Of a stretch of DNA of 32,305 nucleotides, positions 19,101 through 29,500 are shown one piece after another. Every line of letters starts with the position of its first letter. The first letter of the stretch is position 1. The translations under genes and the position numbers were made by a program. Source of the DNA: Granulicella sp. (GTDB taxonomy: Bacteria > Acidobacteriota > Terriglobia > Terriglobales > Acidobacteriaceae); NCBI GenBank assembly GCA_027339965.1, contig DAHWNL010000056.1, forward strand, positions 1 to 32,305, written 5' to 3'. The notes under the pieces are model-generated. The model did no database searches and was not told the origin of the DNA. It saw nothing but the letters and a program-made list of their open reading frames with translations.

Positions 19101-19262
19101 GACGTGATGAAGCCGATCGCAGCGCCGATTGTCGGCGGCATGATCACCTCCACCATTCACGTGCTGATTCTGGTTCCGGTCTTCTTCCTGCTCCTCCGGC
19201 GGAGGTCTTTGCTACCTGCGCCGGAAGAGACGGATGCGAGGAAGGGTGTGGGTCTGGAATAA
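16110..19262 (+). CDS. cusA: Cu(I)/Ag(I) efflux RND permease
   Basis: DALPDISDVQVII, GPDATG, NIMSLGG, GILIDA; Met triad equivalents GSQFMP / PLDMFD / NRLDM; RLRPKLMT. Confidence 0.95.
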   Translation: MISKIIAWCARNPFLVFSGSIFLVIAGLWCYQHIPLDALPDISDVQVIIHTSWAGQPPNVIEDQVTYPIVTALLSAPNVNSVRAQTMFGDSYVFVVFKDGTDLYWARSRVLEYLEQIAGKLPAGVHPAIGPDATGADWVYEYAIVDRSHTRSLADLRTLQDWYLRYQLETVPGVAEVAGIGGFVRQYQVNLDPRKLFSYGISAATVIDRVRQSSNEVGGDVLEANGAEYMIRGLGYLRSLSDLKNVPVATRNGTPVLVKDLGTVTFGPDVRRGAAEWQGEGETVGGIVVMRYGLNALHVIHAVKARLRALAPSLPPGVEIATAYDRSGLINQSIHTLRRDLLLEGIIVSFVSIVFLFHFRSALVPILTVPIAVLAAFIPMYFLHVSSNIMSLGGLALAIGILIDASIVIVENGYRHLAERAEVPNGAERRAILVRAAQQVGPALFFSLMIIVVSFLPVFLLEAQEGRMFRPLAWTKTMALICSSLLSITLVPALMPFFLRGKLRPEAKNPVSRITQAIYLPVLHWCLRRWKLVVALNLLFLGATIPLYLRLGSQFMPAFYEGSLLYMPSSLPGISITQATALMQEQDRILRSFPEVATVFGTVGRSDSATDNAPLDMFDTTIMLKPRSLWRPGITYQGLIQQMDAKLQFPGLTNSWTMPVQNRLDMEMTGIKTPLGIKIQGPDLSHIEQLGAQMQQILSALPETRTVYAERVAQGFYLNIDVDRPQAARYGLTVADVQQWITSEIGGADIGEDVAGRQRFPIAVRYLRDFRDDPQSIARALLPTPTGAQIPLSEVARVFFSRGPSMIRDEDGLLTGYVYLNLKTSDYGGYVERANKLLQQLALPTGYTWRWAGEYKFEQRARQRLTIILPVVFFVIFVLLYLIFHSPLEAAVLLLPTLYAMSGGLLLQWMLGYNFSVAVWVGYIALFGIAVETGVVMVLYLEEAYELRRQKQAPLTEAALHQAIVEGAVQRLRPKLMTVTAVILSLAPILWESGIGSDVMKPIAAPIVGGMITSTIHVLILVPVFFLLLRRRSLLPAPEETDARKGVGLE

Positions 19263-19399
19263 GGCACGGCGCGCCTGCTCGGCGGACAGGAAGGGCGGAC
19301 AGGGCAGACCGTCTCCGCCCTTACCCAGAGCTCACGGAGTCGCGAACTACCAACCGGCTTGCCTTTTCATCCTGCGCCAAAGCAGAGTAAAGTCAGGCG

Positions 19400-22300
19400 C
19401 TAAAAGGTTAACCGGCCTTGGAGCACGATGACGCGTCCAGATACGGAAGCTCCTTCAAAGGTTCCATAGGGGCTTGTCGGTGCTTCAACATCGCTGCTGA
19501 TCTGGCCCAGCGTGGCCGTGTTGGACGCATTGTTGCCCGGAGCGGCGAAATTGACGTGATTGAGCGCGTTGTACATCTGTGCGCCTATCTGAAATTGCGC
19601 TTTGCTCAAGTTCAGCAGATCCTTGTAGATGCTCAGATCAATATCCGAATAGTGGGGTCCATAGAACGAGTTTCTCGGAAAGTTGCCGTAGTTATCCTGA
19701 CTGTTGGTTCCATTGAAGATTCCCGCCGTCTGGAAGCATGGATGGCCATAGGACTTGCACACATGGCTGAAATTATTGTTCAAGATATCCGCCAGAACCG
19801 TAGCCCGGGGAGCCGTGCCGTTGAATAATGCGTTTTGAGTCGCCGTATTAGTGACACTAAAGGGTTCACCCGATCTCCAGTAGGCTTTCCCGGCAAGCGT
19901 CCAACCGGCCGCAGCCAGATTGAGCATTTTGTTCCCGTAGTGATTCGGCTCGACGTAGGTGATATCCGCAACAAAGTTATTGCGAATGTCATAATCCGAG
20001 TTGGAGTACATTAGCAGAGAGGGACTGAAAGGGGTGATCTGTGCTCCGATGGCGGTCCCATTGAAGGTCTCCACGCCACCGTTGGAAAGATCGTCAAGCG
20101 AGTGGGAATAGGTGTAGCTCACATCGGTGGTAAGTCCCCGGTTATCGATGTGCTTGTAGGTGAACATCAGGCCGTTGTAATTGGAGATGCCTTGGTTGGT
20201 TATTTCATTGATCTCGCCAAATCGTGGGTCAGGAGAGCTCAGAGGCAAACCAGCAAAGGATTGGAACTTGGAGGGGTTGAAAACGGACTGGCCATCCGCT
20301 AGCCGCGTGCCTCCCAGGTTCTGATTCAGGTGGTCATTCCCAATCAACAGGTCGAAACCGTAGTTGCCGGCGTAGGAGACGATGATCGCATTTGTGGGGC
20401 TGAGTTGCTTTTGCAACTGCAAACTCCACTCGACGAACTTCGGGCTCAGAAACTCGCTCGGAAAAACGCTGAACGTAGGTTCCGCGAATTTTGCGCCTGA
20501 GGGCAGAGCGGCTGCCAGTTGATTGGCCCCATACCCCTGCGAAAAGCCCGTGTTGAATGCCTGGTCGGAGGCTTGTGCCGTGGCGACAGCGCTCGCGCTG
20601 TCAGATCCGGTGCCCACATCGCCTGCTCCGATGGCCGGTGAGAATACGTTGGGAAAGGCGCCGTACTCACTGGCGATAACGAAGTCCGGGAAGTCGTCCG
20701 CAAACAGGCCAGCCCCGCCACGCAGCACGGTGGAGCCGTGACCTGTGACGTCCCAATTAAATCCAACTCGGGGCTGGATGATCACCTTTTCGATCGAGGA
20801 AAAGGCGCTGCGATGGTCGAGGGTGATGGTGGAGTTGTACGCCGTGTTGAGCGTTGCTCCGGCTTGGGGGAATCCACCGGCATAATACGGGAAGCAACTG
20901 GTTGTGCATGCCGGGTTCCCGTCCCGGTCAACCCGGATGCCATAGTCGAGTACAAACTTCTGGCTGACTCTCCACTCATCCTGCGCGTAGAAGCCCACGT
21001 TGTACAGTGCGCTGTGAGCCGTGGGCAGAGTTGTGAAGGCGAGGTTATAGCTCGAGTTTGCAGTGCCGGGCAAGGTCCCTCCCGCCAGGTCGGCAGCATC
21101 ACCGAAGTCGTAGGTGCCCCCGAAGGTTCCTATCTTGTTGTCTTGATCGCTGACGTCATTGCGCCGGAAGTTCACCCCAAACTTGAAGTTGTGATTTCCC
21201 TTCAACCAGGACGTGTTGTTCACGATCTGCCACTGGGTCACATCTGTGCCTTGCGGGGTATGAAGATACTTGGCGGACATGAACCCGCCCTCACCAAAGC
21301 CAGCCTGAGAGTTCGTTCCGGCATCATTTGGATCATGAAAGGAAACGGGAGAGAGTTGCAGCGTGGCGGGCAGGTTTGGATGGTTGAAGATGGCCGAGTA
21401 CCATAGCCCGGAGAGAATGAATTGGTTGACTAAGTTGCTGGTGAAGGTATAGGTGTCATTGAGTTGGCCAGTGTAGGTTGGCTGGTAACTGGTGACGCTG
21501 TAGGCGGGATTGATAACGCTGGTGAAGGTGGGTTGAAATCCGTTGTCTTTGGTGATGCGTACGAATGCTTCGTGGTGATCGTTGATCTGCCAATTGACGC
21601 GTCCCATCACCTCGTATTCCGTATTGATCCCGGTCGCGGGCGCGAAGGCTGCATTGGCGCAGGGGATCGCTGTCGAGCCGACGGGAGCGTTGGCCGGGAC
21701 AGAGCCGAAATACTCGTTCGCCGTTCCAAAGACGGGCGTTCCGGCGATGCTGCCGCATCCCTGCGTCCCGCTGCTGTCCTGAAGCGCTCCTGGGCCGGTG
21801 GTAACGGGTACCGCCGTCGAGTAGGTGGGAGCGCCCTGAAGCACCTTGAAGAGCTGACTATAAAGTGTGGAACTTGCTCCCTGCGGTCCCCCAGGAAGTG
21901 TATTCAGAATCGTGTTCTGCAACTGTGGCGTGGGGTAGTTAACATACTCGGAGACAGGCAAGGCGTAGCGTATTCCTTCCGTATCGAGGAAGAAGAAGAG
22001 CTTATTGCGAAGGATCGGGCCGCCGACTTGTGCGGCATATTGGTTCGATACGGCTTTGCCCCTGGGAACGCCCAACAGATTGTTGAAGAAGTCGTTGGCG
22101 TTGAAGGCATCGGTATTGTAGCTATACCACAGCAGACCGTGCAGTTTGTTGGTGCCGGACTTGGTTACAAAGGTCAGGATGGCTCCCGCCTGCCTGCCAT
22201 ACTCCACACTGTATCCGTTTTGAACCAAGGATGATTGTGCGATCTCCTGCTGGCCAATGGTCATGTTGGAGGCGCCGGATTCGGCCACGTTCAGGAAGGG

Positions 22301-22933
22301 GTCATTGTAGTCGGCACCGTCAATGATAATCAGGTTGGAGACTCCCGGCAGACCATCGGAGCTGAAGTCCCCTGAGCCCCCGGTGCCTGCATTGACGACC
22401 ACGCCTGGGACTGTGAACGCAATCGTATTCAGGTCGCCTCCGGGGGCGGGCAGATTCTGAAATTGAGCTGTCGTATAGGTCGTGGTGAGATTGGAGGTTT
22501 GGGTATCAATTAACTGTGCGTCGTTGGCCCGCACTGTGACGACTTGAGAGCTGCTTGAAGGGGTCACAGTCACGCTGACCTCTGACTCCTGGCCAACCAG
22601 CACCTGAATCGAGGTCTCTGCCGAGTGCATACCAGGAGCGGCGGCGGATACGGTGAACTTGTCTGGCTTCAGATACGGAGCGATGAAGTGACCACGGCTG
22701 TTGGTGCTGAAAGTTAAAATCGAGCCGGTCTGGATGTCCTTCACCACGACCTTGGCGTTCGGCACCATCGCACCCGTAGAGTCGGAGACCGTGCCCGCGA
22801 TCGATCCGGTTGTGGAGTTCTGCGCGTTCGCCAACCGTGGGGTAAGCTGGAGCGTGACCACGCAGATGGCGGAAAGAGCCACAACGGCGATCTTCCTAAC
22901 CCAGGTACTATTTTGCTGGACTGACAGCTTCAT
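19400..22933 (-). CDS. TonB-dependent receptor (Oar-like, N-terminal carboxypeptidase-regulatory-like domain)
   Basis: Signal peptide; GSIAGTVSDSTGA; YSVEYGRQAGA..TKSGTNKLHG; NQYAAQVGGPILRNKLFFF; QPRVGFNWD; YNALNHVNF; terminal RVIVLQGRLTF. Confidence 0.93.
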   Translation of the reverse strand: MKLSVQQNSTWVRKIAVVALSAICVVTLQLTPRLANAQNSTTGSIAGTVSDSTGAMVPNAKVVVKDIQTGSILTFSTNSRGHFIAPYLKPDKFTVSAAAPGMHSAETSIQVLVGQESEVSVTVTPSSSSQVVTVRANDAQLIDTQTSNLTTTYTTAQFQNLPAPGGDLNTIAFTVPGVVVNAGTGGSGDFSSDGLPGVSNLIIIDGADYNDPFLNVAESGASNMTIGQQEIAQSSLVQNGYSVEYGRQAGAILTFVTKSGTNKLHGLLWYSYNTDAFNANDFFNNLLGVPRGKAVSNQYAAQVGGPILRNKLFFFLDTEGIRYALPVSEYVNYPTPQLQNTILNTLPGGPQGASSTLYSQLFKVLQGAPTYSTAVPVTTGPGALQDSSGTQGCGSIAGTPVFGTANEYFGSVPANAPVGSTAIPCANAAFAPATGINTEYEVMGRVNWQINDHHEAFVRITKDNGFQPTFTSVINPAYSVTSYQPTYTGQLNDTYTFTSNLVNQFILSGLWYSAIFNHPNLPATLQLSPVSFHDPNDAGTNSQAGFGEGGFMSAKYLHTPQGTDVTQWQIVNNTSWLKGNHNFKFGVNFRRNDVSDQDNKIGTFGGTYDFGDAADLAGGTLPGTANSSYNLAFTTLPTAHSALYNVGFYAQDEWRVSQKFVLDYGIRVDRDGNPACTTSCFPYYAGGFPQAGATLNTAYNSTITLDHRSAFSSIEKVIIQPRVGFNWDVTGHGSTVLRGGAGLFADDFPDFVIASEYGAFPNVFSPAIGAGDVGTGSDSASAVATAQASDQAFNTGFSQGYGANQLAAALPSGAKFAEPTFSVFPSEFLSPKFVEWSLQLQKQLSPTNAIIVSYAGNYGFDLLIGNDHLNQNLGGTRLADGQSVFNPSKFQSFAGLPLSSPDPRFGEINEITNQGISNYNGLMFTYKHIDNRGLTTDVSYTYSHSLDDLSNGGVETFNGTAIGAQITPFSPSLLMYSNSDYDIRNNFVADITYVEPNHYGNKMLNLAAAGWTLAGKAYWRSGEPFSVTNTATQNALFNGTAPRATVLADILNNNFSHVCKSYGHPCFQTAGIFNGTNSQDNYGNFPRNSFYGPHYSDIDLSIYKDLLNLSKAQFQIGAQMYNALNHVNFAAPGNNASNTATLGQISSDVEAPTSPYGTFEGASVSGRVIVLQGRLTF

Positions 22934-23327
22934 TCTGGATCACTCCTTAATCGTAATTTCACAGACATACAAAGAAACTCTTCTTCCCGGGGCTCTGCCG
23001 CTTCGGGTCGCGACCAAGCGCAGAGAGGAGACCGATTGAATCTGATATTTGACGGCTGCCACGCAGAGCGCTCTTTGCGGTCTCTACATAGCGTCTTGAG
23101 CGGCAGCGTCTATGGCGCAGCGGCAGGAAAGGTTCGAGCGGAAGCCAGCCGGGAGAGCTGCATGATCGCATGTATACAGGATGCCGTCGACGGAAGTCAA
23201 GCTGGCTTTGGGTTGGGTGACCTCAAGCCGCGGGTGCAAGAGCGCCGAGAGGACGGTTTCCATTCCAGGTTGAGTCTCGGGACGATGGAATGGATAATTC
23301 AGTCCCCATCCTGCGGATGGACGGCGC

Positions 23328-23442
23328 TAAAGCAGTTTCAGTGTAGGCGTACCCAATGCCTCGGCTTCTATGGGCGTTTTCCCCAATGAAAACGCCACTG
23401 TAAGCCCTCTTCGGAACACCCGTCAACACTGAAAATGCGCTA
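23328..23442 (+). mobile_element. 115-bp palindromic MITE-like repeat, copy 3
   Basis: 8 differences from copy 1 by manual alignment; flanks cTA...TAa. Confidence 0.85.
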
Positions 23443-23460
23443 ACCCGGGGCCGGGTTTTT
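23442..23460 (+). terminator. Possible intrinsic terminator
   Basis: AACCCG-gggc-CGGGTT stem followed by a T run, immediately after repeat copy 3. Short stem. Confidence 0.35.
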
Positions 23461-23946
23461 CGCCGGAGTTCGACGAAGGGGCCTGCGATGAAGCGGGGGC
23501 GGGGCGCTGGTGGTAAAGCTCCCGGGGTGCAGCTGGGGAGAGAACAACGAGGCGCTGATCAGAGAACAAGCGCCGGCTGAGGGGACGAAGGCTTGGCTCG
23601 ATTGCGGTTGGCTCCGGGACGGGAATCTTCCCGGTTCTGGGCGCGCTCGTCCACTCGTCTGTCCCGCTCCGCCGTTCCGCGTCGATGAATCGGGGGCCGG
23701 GCTGCGGTGCCTCGCTCCAGACGTGCTCTGCTCCGCGCAGGGCCAAACCACGCACGGGGCACAGGCGATCCGCAATCGGGGTTTGGCGGACAGAAGGAAA
23801 GTTTGTTGTCGGATGGCCAGGGCAAGAGAAGGCGACCTGTCAGAAAAGCCCGGCAAATGGAAGGTCGGGTCGGTCGCGATCGGATGATCCGCCTCAAGGA
23901 ATGAGTCGGCTGTGTGAAAGTACTGGGATTTGCGGCCCAACCTCGC

Positions 23947-26517
23947 TCAGCAGCTCTTCCATCCGTTCCGGGTGGGAGAAGCGCCGAGACGGAGATGCTC
24001 TCCGGATGACCCCTCCGTGACGAAAGTTGACGGCGATGGATTGGATGCGGCGCTCGCCGGTTCAGCGGAGGATTGCAGAACCAGAATGGCGTCTTGAAGG
24101 CCGTGCGCGTGGGCCCGAACCGTAATGCTCCCGGGTTGCCGAGAGGTTTGAATCACCGCCAGGCATAGCCCATGAAAAGCTCGCATCTCCCATCCCCGAA
24201 AGCTCAGGTGGCTCAAAGGATCGCCGTTATCCACGCCCAGGATGCGGCCCGCTCCCTCGATAGCAAAGGTCACCCGTGGATCCGCGTTGGGCGCCGGGTT
24301 GCCGGCGGCATCGACAACGGTAACCCTGACGTGCGCAAGATCCATTCCATTGGCGCGCAGAGTGGCTGGTTCAGCAGCAAGAACAAGCTTCTCCGGAGCC
24401 TTGGCGGTCCGGACCTCCTGAACGCAGGCGATCTCTCCGTTCCGGGTCGCCACCGCCTTGAGAACACCGGGACTCCAAGGAACCTGCCAGGTGAGGTGAT
24501 AGGCGGCTGTGGTTCTGGGGTACTGCTTGCCCAACGAGCGATCGTTCAGGAACAGCTCAACAGCATCACAGTTGGTGTAGCACCAGACAAAGATGGACTG
24601 TCCCTCCCTGCCCTCCCAGTTCCAGTGTGGAAGCATGTGCACCATGGGCTTATCCGTCCACTGACTTTGATAGAAGAAATAGATATCCTTCTCGAAGCCG
24701 CAGGTGTCGATGACGCCGAAGTCGCCGCTCCTCGCCGGCCACGCCTGTTGCCGGTGCGCGGTGTGAACCCGCTGATGCGGCGTCGGTTCCCCAAGGTAGT
24801 CAACTCCGGCCCAGCGAAACGCGCCGGCCACAAAGCTTGAGTCGAGCAGCAGCTTCCAAGCCCCTTCACAGTTCATCCGAAGAAAGCAGGAGTCATACGA
24901 AGAGCAATAGTCTTCGTCTGAAACATAGACGCCGCGCGTCTGCAAGGTATGCGGAGCCTCGCTTGCATAGATCTTGCGGCCGGGATAGCGCGCATGGTCC
25001 GCATCGTACTCAAAGCTCGATCCGCCGCCGCCGTTGTAGCCCACGACATCAAACACATCGGAGAAGCCGCTTCGGTTCCCCACCTCAATGGAGTTGATGG
25101 CGCACGTTGCGGGACGCGACGGGTCAAGCCGATGCACAAGATCGACCAGCATCTTGGCCGTTGCCACGCCGCCGGGCGTCCCCTTCTCCGGAATCTCGTT
25201 TCCCACGCTCCACAGAATGATGCAGGGATGATTCCGATCGCGCTCTATCATGCTGGTCAGATCTTTTTCCGCCCACGCATCGAAGTAGAGATGGTAGCCA
25301 TAGGGCTGCTTGCCGACTCGCCACTCATCAAAGGCCTCGTCAATGACCAGGAAGCCCATCCGATCGCACATGTCCAGCAGTTGCGGCGCAGGGGGATTGT
25401 GACTCATGCGAATGGCGTTGCAGCCCATATCTTTCAGAAGACGAAGCCTTCGCTCCATGGCTGCATCATGAAATGCGGCGCCCAAGGCTCCCAGATCATG
25501 GTGGATACAGACGCCCTTCAACCTGCAAGGAGATCCGTTCAAGCGGAATCCGTGGACGGCATCAAACGTGGCGCTGCGCACACCAAACGGAGTTGTCAGC
25601 TCGTCGACCAGCTTCCGGCCGGCAAAGACCTGGGACACGGCCGTGTAGAGCACCGGCTTGTCCGGAGACCACAACTCCGGCTTGCCGAGTTGCAAGGACT
25701 GGAGAAAGGAATCGGAGTTGTTGGCCGGCAGAAAAAACGGAAGACGCGCCTCGCATTGGGTCGTATGAGATGCGTCAAGAATGCGGGTGACCAGAAAGCC
25801 GTCGCGCGCCGAGAGGCTTTCATTCCGAATGCGGATAGATACCTGAAGATCGGCCGCTGCGGGCGAAATGGAGCGCGCGTGAACAAACACGCCCCACGGC
25901 TCGATATGCAGCGGCGCCGTCTGCGTCAGCCACACATGGCGATAGATTCCAGAGCCGGAGTACCATCGCGAGTTCGGCTGCAACGAGTTGTCGACCTTGA
26001 CAGCCAGAAGATTCGGCTCAGCGCCAAAGCGAAGATAGGGTGTGAGGTCATAGGCGAACGAGACATAACCGTAGGGGCGATGGCCGAGGGAGTGGCCGTT
26101 GAGCCACACCTCGCTGTTCATGTAGACGCCATCGAACTGGATCTCCGTGCAGCGGCCTTGGTCACGATCCTGCACCGTAAAGGCCTTCCGGTACCATCCA
26201 ATGCCGCAGGGCAGGTAAGCGCCGTCGGCTCCGCTCGGATTTTCTTGCGCAAATGGGCCGGCAATGCTCCAGTCGTGGGGAACATCGATCTGCTCCCAGG
26301 ATCTGTCGTCGAGCTCTGGCTGCTCACCGCCTGCGACGTCTCCCTGGTGAAACTTCCAGCCGACGTCGAAGAGAACTCGCTCGCGAACTTCAGGCTCCGC
26401 AGCCGATGAAGCTGTATCGCCGGCTGGAAGGTGCGGCTCCGGGTAGCGGGAGAGCACCATTCCACCGAGAAGGCTTTGGCCCGTAGAGGTCAGGAATCTT
26501 CTGCGATCGATGGCCAC
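23947..26517 (-). CDS. Glycoside hydrolase family 2 (beta-galactosidase-like), Tat signal
   Basis: DRRRFL Tat motif; VPHDWSI, FDGVY, RWYSGSGIYR, LKGVCIHHD, NAIRMSHNP, RDRNHP..WSVGNE (acid/base), YASE (nucleophile), GVDNGD. GTG 26517 has a GAGG RBS; ATG 26532 is an alternative start. Confidence 0.92.
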   Translation of the reverse strand: MAIDRRRFLTSTGQSLLGGMVLSRYPEPHLPAGDTASSAAEPEVRERVLFDVGWKFHQGDVAGGEQPELDDRSWEQIDVPHDWSIAGPFAQENPSGADGAYLPCGIGWYRKAFTVQDRDQGRCTEIQFDGVYMNSEVWLNGHSLGHRPYGYVSFAYDLTPYLRFGAEPNLLAVKVDNSLQPNSRWYSGSGIYRHVWLTQTAPLHIEPWGVFVHARSISPAAADLQVSIRIRNESLSARDGFLVTRILDASHTTQCEARLPFFLPANNSDSFLQSLQLGKPELWSPDKPVLYTAVSQVFAGRKLVDELTTPFGVRSATFDAVHGFRLNGSPCRLKGVCIHHDLGALGAAFHDAAMERRLRLLKDMGCNAIRMSHNPPAPQLLDMCDRMGFLVIDEAFDEWRVGKQPYGYHLYFDAWAEKDLTSMIERDRNHPCIILWSVGNEIPEKGTPGGVATAKMLVDLVHRLDPSRPATCAINSIEVGNRSGFSDVFDVVGYNGGGGSSFEYDADHARYPGRKIYASEAPHTLQTRGVYVSDEDYCSSYDSCFLRMNCEGAWKLLLDSSFVAGAFRWAGVDYLGEPTPHQRVHTAHRQQAWPARSGDFGVIDTCGFEKDIYFFYQSQWTDKPMVHMLPHWNWEGREGQSIFVWCYTNCDAVELFLNDRSLGKQYPRTTAAYHLTWQVPWSPGVLKAVATRNGEIACVQEVRTAKAPEKLVLAAEPATLRANGMDLAHVRVTVVDAAGNPAPNADPRVTFAIEGAGRILGVDNGDPLSHLSFRGWEMRAFHGLCLAVIQTSRQPGSITVRAHAHGLQDAILVLQSSAEPASAASNPSPSTFVTEGSSGEHLRLGASPTRNGWKSC

Positions 26518-26546
26518 GGAAACCTCGGGCATCCAAGAAAAGGGCC

Positions 26547-29500
26547 TTAGGAACAGCCGCTGGTGCTGCCGCACTCCATGCAGCGGTAACAGCTGCCGTT
26601 GCGGGTCATGATGGCGCCGCAGGTGCTGCAGCTTGGAGCATCGCCCATCTCGTACATCCCCTTCATGGCGGTGGCGGCGTGAAAGACCCCGCGGTCCGCC
26701 GTGGTCTGCAGCGGATTGGCCTGATCCAGACGGCTGGAGGCGGTCAGGTCCGCGGAGATGGGCGTCTTTGGCTCGCCCGCGATGCCCTGCCGGGGCGGGT
26801 TGCGGTCCGTGTGCTCGAAGGCGTTGCCATGCAGCTCGTGGCTGGCCGGAGCGAGCCCGGCGGCAGAGTCGGGCAGACCAGCAGCCGGAAGCTGACTGGT
26901 CTCCGGGGCGAGGTTGGGCTGCTTCAAACCGGCAAACAGGTCCAACTGCTGGCCGGAGAGGAAGCGAAGCTGCATCCAGCGGAAGATATAGTCCATGATG
27001 GATTTGGCGTAGCCCAACTCCTCATTGCCCGTCCAGCCGGAGGGCTCGAAGCGGGAGTGAGCGAACTTTTCGCACAGCACCTTGAGCGGAACTCCGTGCT
27101 GCAGAGCCAGCGAGACTGCGGTGGCGAAGGAGTCCATCAGGCCGGAGATGGTGGAGCCCTCCTTGGCCATGCGAATAAAGATCTCGCCGGGCTGTCCGTT
27201 GGGATAAAGCCCGACGGTGATGTAGCCCTCGTGGCTGGAGATGCTGAATTTGTGGGTGATTGACATTCGCTCGCCGGGCAGGCGGTGACGAACAGCCCGC
27301 GGCGGCGCCGGGGCATCCAGCGCGTCTGCATTCTGATTGTTGGAGTGGATCAGAGCGGTGATCTGGCTCTGCGCTTCGGCCAACTGCTGCCGGGCCAGCG
27401 CAAGTTCCTTTTGCGCGCCGGAGAGCGCGGCGCTTATGGCGGCCAGTTCGGAGGCCTGTTCCGCGGCGACCTTCTTGTCCGCATCGGTCTGGGCGGTCAC
27501 ATTCAGCGGCTGCGTGCCCTTGCTTCCGTCGCGGTAGATGGCGACGGCTTTGAGGCCGAGCCGCCAGGCTTCGACGTAGGCGTCAGCGATCTCCTGCACG
27601 GTGCAGTCGTTGGGAAGGTTGACGGTCTTGGAGATGGCTCCGGAGAGGAAGGGCTGGGTGGCCGCCATCATCTTGATGTGGCCCATCCAGGAGATGCTGC
27701 GGGTTCCCTTGGCGGGCTTGAAGGAGCAGTCGAAGACGGCCAGATGCTCGGGTTTGATGCCGGGGGCTCCTTCGATGGTCCCGGTGGCGTCGATGTAGTT
27801 GACAATGGCTTCGACCTCGGCGTCCTTGTACCCCAGCTTGAAGAGAGCTCCAGGGACGGTATTGTTGACGATCTTGATCATGCCGCCGCCGACCAGCTTC
27901 TTGTACTTCACCAGCGCGAGATCCGGTTCGATGCCGGTGGTGTCGCAGTCCATCATGAAGCCGATGGTGCCAGTGGGGGCCAGGACGGTCACCTGGGAGT
28001 TGCGATAGCCGTACTGGTCGCCAAGAGCCAGCGCCTTGTCCCATGCGTCCTGAGAGGCGGCCTTGAGTTCGGCCAGTTGGGGCGCGGTAAAGCCTGCGGC
28101 GTCGGTGAAGGCCGCGCCATCGCCGGATTTGAGCGCGCGGTCAATGTTATTCACCTCGGCGCGATGCATGCGGATGACATCCAGGAACGGCTCGCGGTTG
28201 ACGTAGAAGCCGGGACAGGCGCCACCTTCCATCGAGACGGTCTGGGTGAGCGGCGTGGCTGCGCCCAGAGCCGGAGCTCCGGCGGCGATGCGCGCCGACT
28301 GCGCATAGGCGTCGCCGCAGAGGATGGCGGTGAGGGTTGCGGAGAACGCCCGGCCGGCGTCCGAGTCGTAGGGCAGGCCGCGATCCATCAGTAGAGCGCC
28401 GAGGTTGGCGTAGCCCAGGCCGAGCGGCCGGTAGTCATGGGAGTTTTTGGCGATCTGCTCGGTGGGGTAGCCGGCCGCGTCCACGATGATCTCCATCGCC
28501 GTGGTCACAATGGCGATGGCATGACGGTAGGCGGGGATGTCGAACTGCCCACCCGGGGTAAGGAACTTCATCAGGTTGAAGCTGGCCAGGTTGCAGGCCG
28601 AGTCATCCAGAAACATGTACTCCGAGCAGGGGTTGGAGGCATTGATTCTGGCGGTGTTCTTGCTGGTGTGCCAGCGATTGATGGTGGTGTCATACTGCAT
28701 GCCCGGGTCGCCGCACTTCCAGGTGGCTTCCGCAATCTGGCGCATCAGGTCGCGAGCGCGGTACTCCTGGACCGGCTCCCGGCCCTTGACTGTGCGGGTG
28801 CTGAAGGTTCCGTCGGTCTGGACGGCGTGCATGAACTCGTCCGTCACCCGCACGCTATTGTTGGCGTTCTGGAAGAAGATGCTGGTAAAGGCCTCGGAGT
28901 CCGGGCCGGATCCATCATAGCCCGCAGCCACCAAATGCCAGGCCTTCTCTTCTTCCTTCACCTTGCATTGAATGAACTCTTCGATGTCCGGATGATCGAC
29001 GTTGAGGATCACCATCTTGGCGGCCCGGCGGGTCTTGCCGCCGCTCTTGATGACGCCGGCGAAGGCGTCAAAGCCGCGCATGAAGCTAAGCGGACCGCTG
29101 GCCGTGCCGCCCCCGGAGAGAGTCTCCATGGAGCCTCGAATGGCCGAGAGATTAGATCCCGCTCCCGAACCCCACTTGAAGAGCATGCCTTCGGTCTTGG
29201 CCAGAGTGAGGATGCTGTCCAGAGAGTCCTGAACGGAGTTGATGAAGCAGGCTGAGCACTGCGGTCGAGAGTAACCGGTGACCGAGAAAGCCACCCGGCC
29301 CAACTCCGCGTCCCAGTGCCAGTTCTGGGCGTCGGAGTTCGGCTCCAGCCGGTCGCAGCCCACGTTGAACCAAACCGGAGAGTTGAAGGCGGCCTTCTGA
29401 TTCACCAACAGGTGGGTGAGTTCGGCGAAGAAGGTCTCCGCATCCTCCTCGGAGGCGAAATAGCCGTCGCGCTTGCCCCAGTCGCGGATGGACTCGGCCA

